Origin: Octopus sinensis
Taxonomy: Eukaryota
DNA length: 64,000 nt
Direction of reading: 5' to 3'
NCBI RefSeq assembly: GCF_006345805.1
Contig: NC_043020.1
Location: 12,276,001-12,340,000, forward strand
In this document: one piece after another, positions 1-12,764 of the stretch
Numbering within the stretch: position 1 is the first letter of the stretch
Layout of the letters: each line of letters opens with the position of its first letter
Notes under the pieces: generated by a model
Databases searched by the model: none
Told to the model about the DNA's origin: nothing
Seen by the model: the letters and a program-made list of their open reading frames with translations, nothing else
Program-made: the position numbers and the translations under genes

Positions 1-64
1 TATATATATATATATTAGATAGATAGATTTGTTTGTGTGTTGGGTATATATATATAATATATAT

Positions 65-111
<47 letters not shown>

Positions 112-671
112 TATATATAGTGTGTGTGTGTGTGTGTATATAGAGTGTGTGTGTGTGGTGGAGAAAGGTGAGGGGTTTGTTCGTGTGTGATGATGGCGAT
201 GGTGGTGGTTGTGGCGGGGGAAAGAGTATCGCTAGAAAATGGTACTCTTTTTGGTACTTTGTGTGGAGTAACAGGTTATGGTAGAGGAGGAATTGATGGT
301 AGTGATGTTGTCGATGTTGTGATGATGATGATGATGATGGTGGTGATGATAATGCTGATGATGGCGGTGGTCATGGTGATGATGATGATGACGATAGTGA
401 TGGTGGTGATGATGACCGTGGCGTTAGTGATGGTAGAAGATTCATTTTGTTCTAGTTGCTGCTGTTGCCTAACCCCCGGTCAGTCCTAATCCTGTAAACC
501 TAAGACCAAAGTCATTCCAACCGTGACCATGACGCCTTTTAGCTTTTTACAAGTATGTCTAATATTAAATTATCCAGTCTGTTCTCAAAACAATAAGGAG
601 TGATTTGGAGGACATTGGCTGCTATTTCCACCAAGCCGATTGACCCCATAGAAGCACTATTGTTATTTGTT

Positions 672-840
672 AATGCTCAGTGGCAAGAGAGGAAGAGGCC
701 GACCAAGAATCCGCTGGCTTGACACCATCAAGAGTGATACCGGAATGGACATAGCCAATCTGAAAGAAGCGGCCCAGGATAGAACTGACTGGAGGACACT
801 GATCCAACGAGTGACCGAGAGTCGACTTCGACTGAGAGGA
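672..840 (+). mobile_element. 5'-truncated RTE-clade (BovB-like) LINE 3' end, copy 1
   Basis: Translates to SGKRGRGRPRIRWLDTIKSDTGMDIANLKEAAQDRTDWRTLIQRVTESRLRL, the typical BovB/RTE ORF C-terminus (GRPR.RW.D...DR..WR...VT.SR.RL); followed by (TA)n. Confidence 0.8.
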
Positions 841-861
841 TATATATATATATATATATAT

Positions 862-1143
862 CTTAAGCAGATCAGGCCGAAAATGTCGCTAGAAGCTAGG
901 ATCACCAAGCATAGATTGGCATATTTTGGTCATATTATGCGGAGAAAATCCCTGGAGAAGGACATCATGCTTGGAATGGTCAGTGGCAAGAGAGGAAGAG
1001 GCCGACCAAGAACCCGCTGGCTTGACACCATCAAGAGTAATCCTGGAATGGACATAGCCAATCTGAAAGAAGCAGACCAGGATAGAACTAACTGGAGGAC
1101 ACTGATCCAACGAGTGACCGAGAGTCGACTTCGACTGAGCGGA
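862..1143 (+). mobile_element. 5'-truncated RTE-clade (BovB-like) LINE 3' end, copy 2
   Basis: SLEARITKHRLAYFGHIMRRKSLEKDIMLGMVSGKRGRGRPRTRWLDTIK...RVTESRLRLSG; near-identical to copy 1 over ~165 bp; ends in a GATA-type tail. Confidence 0.8.
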
Positions 1144-1636
1144 GAGATAGATAGATGGTCGTAGTGGAAGTATCGGTGTTGTTTAGCCCCAGGTAAGGTC
1201 CAAGATTGCAGATCCAGAACAGCGGTTACCATCTTGGGATCCATCAACCCCTAAGATCCACAAGGTTAGTATTGAGGGTCCGTGAACCGAGATCAAACTT
1301 TGCTGAAGAGCCAAGATTTTCAAAAACCTGGGGTCCTCGAGAAAATTCATTTTAATCAAAATAAGTTCATGGTAGTGAACAGATAAGGAAAACATTATTA
1401 AATGTGTTCTCCCTTGTAGAGGGAATTATTGGTTGTTATTTCTAGCATACCGAGTAATCCATGTTGAAATTCCTTCAAGTCTTAGAATTAATGATTCTGT
1501 TGGTGGTGATGGCATGTTATTTATCGCCAGGTCAGCCATAGCTAGGTTGACATAAGATTGAGTATTGCATCTTTTCTTCAGATACAGTGTACATGGGATC
1601 GTATTATCCAATATACGTTAGTACCCCTAATTTTTT

Positions 1637-1809
1637 GAGAGAACGGGAGAGAGAGAGAGAGGGAGAGAGTGAGAGTGAGAGAGTGAGAGAGAGAGCGGGA
1701 GAGAGAGGGAGAGAAAGAGAGTGAGAGAGAAAGAGAGCGAGAGAGAAAGAGAGTGAGAAAGTGAGAAAGTGAGAGACAGAGAAGAGAGACAGAGAGAGAG
1801 AGTGAGAGT

Positions 1810-1885
<76 letters not shown>

Positions 1886-2566
1886 GAGAGAGAAGAGAGG
1901 AGGAAATAGAGAGAGAGAAAGAGAGAAATAGAAAGAGAGAAAGAGAGAGAGAGAGAGAAGAAGAGAGGAGAGGAGTGAGAGAGAGAGTGAGAGTACAGAG
2001 AGAGTGAGAGACAAGAGAGTGAGAGACAGAGAGCGTGAGAGACAGAGAGCGTGAGAGACAGAGAGCGTGAGAGACAGAGAGCGAGAGAGACAGAGAGCGA
2101 GAGAGACAGAGAGCGAGAGAGACAGAGAGCGAGAGAGACAGAGAGCGAGAGAGACAGAGAGCGAGAGAGACAGAGAGCGAGAGACAGAGAGCGAGAGACA
2201 GAGAGCGAGAGACAGAGAGCGAGAGAGACAGAGAGCGAGAGACAGAGAGCGAGAGACAGAGAGCGAGAGACAGAGAGCGAGAGACAGAGAGCGAGAGAGA
2301 GAGTGAGAGAGAGAGTGAGAGAGAGAGTGAGAGAGAGAGAGTGAGTGAGAGAGTGAGAGAGAAAGTGAGAGAGAAAGTGAGAGAGAAAGTGAGAGAGAAA
2401 GTGAGAGAGAAAGTGAGAGAGAAAGTGAGAGAGAAAGTGAGAGAGAAAGTGAGAGAGAAAGTGAGAGAGAAAGTGAGAGAGAAAGTGAGAGAGAAAGTGA
2501 GAGAGAAAGTGAGAGAGAGAAAGTGAGAGAGAAAGTGAGAGAGAGAGAGAGTGAGAGAGAGAGAAA
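1637..2566. repeat. Compound (GA)-rich microsatellite/minisatellite
   Basis: Degenerate (GA)n with sub-blocks of GAGACAGAGAGCGA-type 14/16-mers and a GTGAGAGAGAAA 12-mer; source of the spurious ER/SL ORFs. Confidence 0.95.
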
Positions 2567-2780
2567 TAAAACGTAATATGAAGAAAATTTTAGGGGTTAT
2601 TTTTAGCAGGTCGAACATTAACGAAGTGTCACGCTTAAACTTTTATTAATAAGAACGACGACGATGACGATTATGATGATGGCGATGATGATGTTGTTAG
2701 TAATGACAGATGATGGCGAAAAGGTATTTCGGAGGTGATGACAAATTAGGCAACGGCTTCTTAATTAAAAGACATTGTGA

Positions 2781-2813
<33 letters not shown>

Positions 2814-3041
2814 CGTTGTATATGTGTGCATGCATAAGCATATGCGTGCGTATATGCACGCACAGAACTGTGACAAAGTGTGTGCTTGTGTGCATACACA
2901 CAAATACATAACCGTAACAAAAACATTCCAAATGATTGTTCCCTTACACATCTATACCTGCATATAAACTCACTCACATACTGCTAAAACACTAAAAACT
3001 ACACACAGACCTACCACTCTAATACACTAAAGCAACAATTG

Positions 3042-3072
<31 letters not shown>

Positions 3073-3492
3073 ACAAATATACGAGTATATACACACATAT
3101 ACACAAATGCATGTTATCAGTTGCTTATTCACTAACGACGAAACCAGTTCCTTTTGAAGCATTGCTCTCCCTTGACTGTGATCTCACATGTTTAAAATCA
3201 ATTAGAGTATTGAGGCGGAAAGCAATTTATAGTTTATGCAATTACAACCGACTGTCAGCATTTGAAGTTTGTTTTTAACTGCTTTATTATGCAATAACAA
3301 TTCGTATTTTACATTTTTTTTAATACATACGTTCGTCTGTAGGCGATGTATCTTGTGTATGCGTGTACATATTATGTGTATATGTTTAAATGCATGTATA
3401 TAGAGCATTTGAATACACACACGTTTGTAAGCATGTACATGTTTGCACGTGTTTGTTTACAAAACAGATTAAAAATGTTGAATCTCGGCTGC

Positions 3493-3496
<4 letters not shown>

Positions 3497-3528
<32 letters not shown>

Positions 3529-4095
3529 TCTACAAACAGACACACACATACACAGACTCGCACACACACAGACGCAGAGACTCGCACATACAGACAGACA
3601 CACAGACAGACACACACACACACATACAGCCACACACACACACACACGCAGCCACACACACACACACGCAGCCACACACACACACACACATGCAGCCACA
3701 CACACACACACACACATGCAGCCACACACACACACAGCCACACACACACACACAGCCACACACACACACACAGCCACACACACATACATACAGCCACACA
3801 CACATACATACAGACACACATACAGACACACACACACACACACATACACTCACACATACATACAGACACACACACACATACAGACACACACACAGACACA
3901 CACACACACATAAAGACACACACACATACAGACACACACACATACAGACACACACACATACAGACACACACACATACAGACACACACACATACAGACACA
4001 CACACATACAGACACACACACATACAGACACACACACACACACATATATATATATGTAAACACACACATACATACACACACGCACGCACGCTCAT
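3497..4095. repeat. Compound (CA)-rich microsatellite
   Basis: (CA)n interrupted by CAGC and TACAGA motifs. Confidence 0.95.
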
Positions 4096-4524
4096 ATATA
4101 TGCATATTGTCTAGATTATTTATTCCTTGCAGGCAGCTTTTGTTCTGCAGTTCTCTCTACATATCTGTCTACCTGTCTGTCTACCTGTCTGTTTACCTAA
4201 GGATCTACCACTTGCCCGCCCCATCAACCCGACCCGACCCGCCCCCACTTCCACACCAGCCCACCCGTATTTATAAGTAACAAGTTACGAAGCTTCATTA
4301 TTGCTTGAATGAATGCCATTCTGAGCTTAGGATAGAATTTTCAAGAATTTGAATTCGGCAATGATTAAATGCTAAATCAAGAATTTGGAATTCGTTTTTT
4401 TGATATTTCCTCCAAGACATAATACAAGACTACATTCCAAACCATATTGGACTGCATAACAATGAGGGCATTATCCCATCATATACTAATAAAATAATTC
4501 GCCTAAAGATTCTCTGCAACGCAT

Positions 4525-7500
4525 TCCTTCATATAACACCTGAGTGCACCACAAAGCAACGTGAGAATCCTTCATATAACACCTGATTGCACCACAAAGC
4601 AACGTGAGAATCCTTCATATAACACCTGATTGCACCACAAAGCAACGTGAGAATCCTTCATATAACACCTGAGTGCACCACAAAGCAACGTGAGAATCCT
4701 TCATATAACACCTGAGTGCACCACAAAGCAACGTGAGAATCCTTCATATAACACCTGATTGCACCACAAAGCAACGTGAGAATCCTTCATATAACACCTG
4801 ATTGCACCACAAAGCAACGTGAGAATCCCTCATATAACACCCGATTGCACCACAAAGCAACGTGAGAATCCCTCATATAACACCCGAGTGCACCACAAAG
4901 CAACGTGAGAATCCCTCATATAACACCCGAGTGCACCACAAAGCAACGTGAGAATCCCTCATATAACACCCGAGTGCACCACAAAGCAACGTGAGAATCC
5001 CTCATATAACACCCGAGAGGCACCACAAAGCAACGTGAGAATCCTTCATATAACACCCGAGTGCACCACAAAGCACGTGAGAATCCTTCATATAACACCC
5101 GAGTGCACCACAAAGCAACGTGAGAATCCTTCATATAACACCTGATTGCACCACAAAGCAACGTGAGAATCCTTCATATAACACCCGATTGCACCACAAA
5201 GCAACGTGAGAATCCTTCATATAACACCCGATTGCACCACAAAGCAACGTGAGAATCCTTCATATAACACCGAGTGCACCACAAAGCAACGTGAGAATCC
5301 TTCATATAACACCCGAGTGCACCACAAAGCAACGTGAGAATCCTTCATATAACACCCGATTGCACCACAAAGCAACGTGAGAATCCTTCATATAACACCC
5401 GAGTGCACCACAAAGCAACGTGAGAATCCTTCATATAACACCCGATTGCACCACAAAGCAACGTGAGAATCCTTCATATAACACCCGATTGCACCACAAA
5501 GCAACGTGAGAATCCTTCATATAACACCCGAGTGCACCACAAAGCAACGTGAGAATCCTTCATATAACACCTGAGTGCACCACAAAGCAACGTGAGAATC
5601 CTTCATATAACACCTGATTGCACCACAAAGCAACGTGAGAATCCTTCATATAACACCTGAGTGCACCACAAAGCAACGTGAGAATCCTTCATATAACACC
5701 TGATTGCACCACAAAGCAACGTGAGAATCCTTCATATAACACCTGATTGCACCACAAAGCAACGTGAGAATCCTTCATATAACACCTGATTGCACCACAA
5801 AGCAACGTGAGAATCCTTCATATAACACCTGATTGCACCACAAAGCAACGTGAGAATCCTTCATATAAACCTGAGTGCACCACAAAGCAACGTGAGAATC
5901 CTTCATATAACACCTGAGTGCACCACAAAGCAACGTGAGAATCCTTCATATAACACCTGATTGCACCACAAAGCAACGTGAGAATCCTTCATATAACACA
6001 CGAGTGCACCACAAAGCAACGTGAGATCCTTCATATAACACCCGATTGCACCACAAAGCAACGTGAGAATCCTTCATATAACACCCGATTGCACCACAAA
6101 GCAACGTGAGAATCCTTCATATAACACCCGATTGCACCACAAAGCAACGTGAGAATCCTTCATATAACACCCGATTGCACCACAAAGCAACGTGAGAATC
6201 CTTCATATAACACCCGATTGCACCACAAAGCAACGTGAGAATCCTTCATATAACACCCGATTGCACCACAAAGCAACGTGAGAATCCTTCATATAACACC
6301 CGATTGCACCACAAAGCAACGTGAGAATCCTCATATAACACCCGATTGCACCACAAAGCAACGTGAGAATCCTTCATATAACCCCGATTGCACCACAAAG
6401 CAACGTGAGAATCCTTCATATAACACCCGATTGCACCACAAAGCACGTGAGAATCCTTCATATAACACCCGATTGCACACAAAGCAACGTGAGAATCCTT
6501 CATATAACACCCGATTGCACCACAAAGCAACGTGAGAATCCTTCATATAACACCCGATTGCCACAAAAGCAACGTGAGAATCCTTCATATAACACCCGAT
6601 TGCACCACAAAGCAACGTGAGAATCCTTCATATACACCCGATTGCACCACAAAGCAACGTTAGAATCCTTCATATAACAACCCGATTGCACCACAAAGCA
6701 ACGTGAGAATCCTTCATATAACACCCGATTGCACCACAAAGCAACGTGAGAATCCTTCATAAACACCCGATTGCACCACAAGCAACGTGAGAATCCTTCA
6801 TATAACACCCGATTGCACCACAAAGCAACGTGAGAATCCTTCATATAACACCCGATTGCACCACAAGCAACGTGAGAATCCTTCATATAACACCCGATTG
6901 CACCACAAAGCAACGTGAGAATCCTTCATATAACACCCGATTGCACCACAAAGCACGTGAGAATCCTTCATATAACACCTGATTGCACCACAAAGCAACG
7001 TGAGAATCCTTCATATAACACCTGATTGCACCACAAAGCAACGTGAGAATCCTTCATATAACACCTGATTGCACCACCACAAAGCAACGTGAGAATCCTT
7101 CATATAACACCTGATTGCACCACAAAGCAACGTGAGAATCCTTCATATAACACCCGATTGCACCACAAAGCAACGTGAGAATCCTTCATATAACACCCGA
7201 TTGCACCACAAAGCAACGTGAGAATCCTTCATATACACCCGATTGCACCACAAAGCAACGTGAGAATCCTTCATATAACACCTGATTGCACCACAAAGCA
7301 ACGTGAGAATCCTTCATATAACACCTGATTGCACCACAAAGCAACGTGAGAATCCTTCATATAACACCCGATTGCACCACAAAGCAACGTGAGAATCCTT
7401 CATATAACACCCGATTGCACCACAAAGCAACGTGAGAATCCTTCATATAACACCTGATTGCACCACAAAGCAACGTGAGAATCCTTCATATAACACCCTT

Positions 7501-8169
7501 GATGCACCACAAAGCAACGTGAGAATCCTTCATATAACACCTGATTGCACCACAAAGCAACGTGAGAATCCTTCATATAACACCTGATTGCACCACAAAG
7601 CAACGTGAGAATCCTTCATATAACCCTGAGTGCACCACAAAGCAACGTGAGAATCCTTCATATAACACCTGAGTGCACCACAAAGCAACGTGAGAATCCT
7701 TCATATAACACCCGATTGCACCACAAAGCAACGTGAGAATCCTTCATATAACACCCGATTGCACCACAAAGCAACGTGAGAATCCTTCATATAACACCTG
7801 ATTGCACCACAAAGCAACGTGAGAATCCTTCATATAACACCTGATTGCACCACAAAGCAACGTGAGAATCCTTCATATAACACCTGAGTGCACCACAAAG
7901 CAACGTGAGAATCCTTCATATAACACCTGATTGCACCACAAAGCAACGTGAGAATCCTTCATATAACACCTGATTGCACCACAAAGCAACGTGAGAATCC
8001 TTCATATAACACCTGATTGCACCACAAAGCAACGTGAGAATCCTTCATATAACACCTGATTGCACCACAAAGCAACGTGAGAATCCTTCATATAACACCT
8101 GAGTGCACCACAAAGCAACGTGAGAATCCTTCATATAACACCTGATTGCACCACAAAGCAACGTGAGAA
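4525..8169. repeat. 43-bp tandem satellite, ~85 copies
   Basis: Unit CCTTCATATAACACC(T/C)GA(T/G)TGCACCACAAAGCAACGTGAGAAT; period 43 (GTGAGAAT at 4561 and 4604); no spacers. Confidence 0.97.
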
Positions 8170-8679
8170 ATAGCAAAATCTTTATATCACACCAAAAATA
8201 AGATTTTAAGCAAACTGTGCCTGAAAAACCCCACGAGATGATCAGAGTTGGAATGCCCCCTGAAGAAGGTTTTTTTCGTTCAGAGCTGTCCCACGGGTAC
8301 CTTGTACCACACAAAATACCATTACAACATCATAGGTCACAGAAAATATATTTTAAAAATTTGAAACATTTTTACAAATATAATCAGTCTTGACATTCGT
8401 GTAGAAATGATTCAGAAAACATTTTTACAACCACTTTACAGGATATATTACATCATTACTTGCACTCATATCAGGTTAGACATAGCTTATACAACGGAAG
8501 TAGCCTTATGACTTCCATGAGATCTTGCATATCGTACATAAGTATTGCAAACTAATCTATGACGTAACACTAGACATACGGGCTTTCATACAAATACTAA
8601 CAACACGATGCGCAGTAACAGTAATATAAACACGCACGGACACACAGAAAGAGAAAAGGAAAGATTTATATATATATAC

Positions 8680-9087
8680 AGGAGTGGCTGTGTGGTAAGT
8701 AGCTTGCTAACCAACCACATGGTTCCGGGTTCAGTCCCACTGCGTGGCACCTTGGGCAAGTGTCTTCTACTATGGCCTCGGGCCGACCAAAGCCTTGTGA
8801 GTGGATCTGGTAGACGGAAACTGAAAGAAGCCTGTCGTATATATGTATATATATATATATATAAGTGTGTGTGAATATGTTTGTGTGTCTGTGTTTGTTC
8901 CCCTAGCATTGCTTGACAACCGATGCTGGTGTGTTTACGTCCCCGTAACTTAGCGGTTCGGCAAAAGAGACGATAGAATAAGTACTGGGCTTACAAAGAA
9001 TAAGTCCCGGGGTCGATTTGCTCGACTAAAGGCGGTGCTCCAGCATGGCCGCAGTCAAATGACTGAAACAAGTAAAAGAGTAAAGAG
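8680..9087 (+). mobile_element. tRNA-derived SINE with CORE-like segment and internal microsatellite (family C)
   Basis: Head GGAGTGGCTGTGTGGTAAG..GGTTCAGTCCC (A/B-box-like), CACCTTGGGCAAGTG CORE-like motif, internal (TA)n(TG)n, tail GCTCCAGCATGGCCGCAGTCAAATGACTGAAACAAGTAAAAG. Further copies/fragments near 22066-22470(-), 23250-23885(-), 24000-24380(-), 25648-26045(+), 28540-28885, 30105-30300(+), 34610-34960(-), 37975-38310(+), 39075-39585(+), 41285-41480(+), 54988-55365(-), 55391-55800(+), 58560-58665(+). Confidence 0.8.
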
Positions 9088-9090
9088 TGC

Positions 9091-9139
<49 letters not shown>

Positions 9140-9984
9140 CACACACACATACACACACGTACCACTACAGACCTGTAGCGGGAATATTTAGCAATCACCC
9201 GATGTCGCGATTTGCTAGAATGTTGCTCAGTTGATCAACAAAATCTGACAAATCCCGACTTCGCGTCGGCCAGGTTCCAACGACGATCTCTTCTTTTTGT
9301 GTGCTTCCTTTTGAGCCTCTCAACGAATATATATTTGGCGCACCGTGACTACAAGACAGAGAGCTTTGGGATGCAACAGAGAAGAAGCATTGATAGACAC
9401 TAGGAGTTGGCCAACAGAGACGGCGGACAGCAGCTGACAACATAGATTTCAGCGGTCATCCTATAAGCTTAACTCAGTTACAAAATCTATCATTCTCTTT
9501 TTCCATTGAGGAGACTCCAGTGCACGCAAAACATCTTGGTTTTCTAATGATACAGGTAACACCAGAGGCAACAAAATAAATATTACACCTAAACCCCACT
9601 TTTAACCTAAACGACTCACAGCACACACATCTTTCCAAGCGATTTCCAACGACTCTTTATCGCTCTCTGTTCCACACACCAAGTCACTAGACATCCATTT
9701 TCAACACACTCATAAAACAATGAAGAGGGTAAAAGACAGTTTTACAAACCTCAATAGAGCCTAAAATTGAATGGAAAAAGTTACACCAAGAAACAGGTTC
9801 AAGGTTTTCATTATTCAACGAATTCACAATCACCAATAAAGAAACTTAATATATTGAGGGTCAGTAAAATATAATTGGCACTCCGTCGGTTACGATGACG
9901 AGGGTCCCAGTTGATCAATGGAACAGCCGGCTCGAAAATTAAAGTGCAAGTGGCTGAGCACTCCACAGACATTAGTATCCTTAA

Positions 9985-10765
9985 GGCGGCGAACTGGCAG
10001 AAACGTTAGCACGCCGGGCGAAATGCGTTGCCGTATTTCGTCTGCCGTTACGTTGTGAGTTCAAATTCCGCTGAGGTCGACTTTGCCTTTCATCCTTTCG
10101 GGGTCGATAAATTAAGTACCAGTTACGCACTGGGGTCGATGTAATCGACTTAATACCTATGTCTGTCCTTGTTTGTCTCCTCTATGTTTAGCCCCCTGTG
10201 GGTAGTAAAGAAATAGGTATTTCGTCTGCCGTTACGTTCTGAGTTCAAATTCCGCCCGGGTCGACTTTGCCTTTCATCCTTTCGGGGTCGATAAATTAAG
10301 TACCAGATGCGCACTGGTGACGATATAATCGACTTAATCCGTTTGTCTGTCCTTGTTTGTCCCCTCTGTGTTTAGTCAATTGTGGGTAGTAAAGAAATAG
10401 GTATTTCGTCTGTCGTTACGTTCTGAGTTCAAATTCCGCCCAGGTCGACTTTGCCTTTCATCCTTTCGGGGTCGATAAATTAAGTACCAGTTACGAACTG
10501 GGGTCGATATAATCGACTTAATCCCTTTGTCTGTCCTTGTTTGTCCCCTCTGTGTTTAGTCAATTGTGGGTAGTAAAGAAATAGGTATTTCGTCTGCCGC
10601 TGCGTTCTGAGTTCAAATTCCGCCGAGGTCACTTTGCCTTTCATCCTTTCGGGGTCGATTAAATAACTACCAGTTACGCACTGGGTCGATATAATCGACT
10701 TAATCTGTTTGTCTGTCCTTGTTTGTCCCCTCTGTGTTTAGCCCCTTGTGGGTAGTAAAGAAATA
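9985..10765 (+). mobile_element. Tandem tetramer of a tRNA-derived SINE (family M, Meta-domain-like)
   Basis: One full head (GGCGGCGAACTGGCAGAAACGTTAGC) plus 4 units at 184-bp period containing GTCGACTTTGCCTTTCATCCTTTCGGGGTCGATAAA; 18-bp TSD AGACA(T/C)TAGTATCCTTAA at 9967-9984 and 10766-10783; interrupts a family-R SINE. Meta-domain assignment is from memory of Sauria/MetaSINE cores. Confidence 0.85.
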
Positions 10766-11082
10766 AGACACTAGTATCCTTAACGTAGTTCACAGGGATA
10801 TTCAGCGTGGCACAGAATGACAAAGCTGGCCCTTTGAGATACAGATACAACTAATTTATTCCAGGTGGGTGGACTGGAGTAACGTAGAATAAAAAAAAAA
10901 GTGTCTTACTCAAGGACACAACACGCCGTCGAGAATCGAACTCACGACTTCACGATAGTGAGCCGAATGATCCAAACGACTAAGCCATGCGCCTCCAAAC
11001 AGAATATAGACCACAGTAAACATTACACCACATGTGCACACCTGAATGCAGCTATATTGCCGCCGCTACTACTTCGACTACC

Positions 11083-11869
11083 TATTTCTTTACTACCCAC
11101 AAGGGGCTAAACACAGAGGGGACAGACAAGAACAGACAAACGGATTAAGTCGATTACATCGACCCCAGTGCATAACTAGTACTTAGTTTATCGACCCCGA
11201 AAGGATGAAAGGCAAAGTCGACCTCGGCGGAATTTGAACTCAGAACGTAGCGGCAGACGAAATACCTATTTCTTTACTACCCACAAGGGGCTAAACACAG
11301 AGGGGAGAGACAAGAACAGACAAACGGATTAAGTCGATTACATCGACCCCAGTGCATGACTAGTACTAAGTTTATCGACCCCGAAAGGATGAAAGGCAAA
11401 GTCGACCTCGGCGGAATTTGAACTCAGAACGTAACGACAGACGAAATACCTATTTCTTTACTACCCACAAGGGGCTAAAAACACAGAGAGGACAAACAAA
11501 GACAGACAAACGGATTAAGTCGATTACATCGATCCCAGTGCATAACTAGTACTTAATTTATCGACCCCGAAAGGATGAAAGGCAAAGTCGACCTCGGCGG
11601 AATTTGAACTCAGAACGTAGCGGCAGACGAAATACCTATTTCTTTACTACCCACAAGGGGTTAAACACAGAGGGGACAAACAAGGACAGACAAACGGGTT
11701 AAGTCGATTACATCGACCCCAGTGCGTAACTGGGACTTAATTTATCGACCCCGAAAGGATGAAAGGCAAAGTCGACCTCGGCGGAATTTGAACTCGGAAC
11801 GTAACGACAGACGAAATGCGGCTACGCATTTCGCCCGGCGTGCTAACGTTTCTGCCAGCTCGCCGCCTT
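11083..11869 (-). mobile_element. Tandem tetramer of SINE family M
   Basis: 4 units with a single full head at the right end; 16-bp TSD TACT(A/G)CTTCGACTACC at 11067-11082 and 11870-11885. Confidence 0.85.
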
Positions 11870-12764
11870 TACTGCTTCGACTACCGCTGCTACTTCTACT
11901 GCCGCTGCTGCTCCTACTGCCCCTGCTGCTGCTGCTGTTGTTGTGTACAGCAACGCAACTGTAATATCCTATTACAAATGTTACTAAAGTTAGCTGACTG
12001 CAGTACATATTCTTCTGATAACCAGAAAAGACACGAGCTACTAACATTACAGTCACGTGTCTGCAATTTACTGTAGGTCTCTCTTTTAGTCTTTTTGTTG
12101 TTATTGGTTTTTAGTCAAGAGGAGAAGGGGCAGTACCCATAGCCATCGCAACCCTTCTAAAACGGAGGTCAATGCGGGTATAGTTCTATTGATTGGTTAA
12201 CGGCTGCTGGAAAAAGCATAACACAAGGGTTCAGTCCATAAGGACGCACCATGGGGTTGGTGGGGTTTCTAAGTGGTCACTGAACCTACAAAAAAATAAA
12301 TCGTCCTCTCACCCCTTAAAAATATAATTTCGGAGTACGAAATAATTTAAAAGGACGGGGTAGGAAGCCATGTCTAGAATCCATTTGTTTACAGAACTAC
12401 TCGATTAGGGCTGACCTGAGACTAAATATCAACAACATGGGAGAGTTTCCACAGGGACACGTTAAGGGGGTTGGAGAAGGAATGGGTAGAATGGTTTGTG
12501 CGAGGGTTCGGGCTAGGGGCAGGGTAGAGGATGCAATATGAGTGGCGACGGGAGGAAGGGCGTATAAGTCGGTAGTCAACAGAGCGGTAACTAACAAGAG
12601 CAATCCTCTCCGAAAAGTGGAGGTCATTAAGGACACAATAAGCATTGTACTAGACTACTAAACAAGCAGTATCGAGTTCAAATCCGATGAGAATATTTCG
12701 TTGGAGACGCGTTTTCATGTTGCTTGCGTCATCAAGCTGTTGAGGGAGATATCACAAATATATA

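Noticed and set aside
4525-8169. CRISPR-like regular array
   Set aside because: Units abut with no unique spacers, no cas genes, eukaryotic context.
8045-8314. Minus-strand ORF running into the 43-bp satellite as transposase-derived
   Set aside because: No diagnostic catalytic motif, unlike the 124-bp satellite.
9195-9443. WPTRSRDLSDF as a Tc1-family WPxxSPDL motif
   Set aside because: Single short motif with no supporting context.
12130-12650. Very degenerate Penelope RT on the minus strand (KQMD.., EDDLFF)
   Set aside because: Needs several frameshifts; motif matches too weak without a profile search.
12664-12725. Plus-strand CCGATGA...GAGACGCGT as a hammerhead
   Set aside because: Two core changes and no convincing stem I or II.
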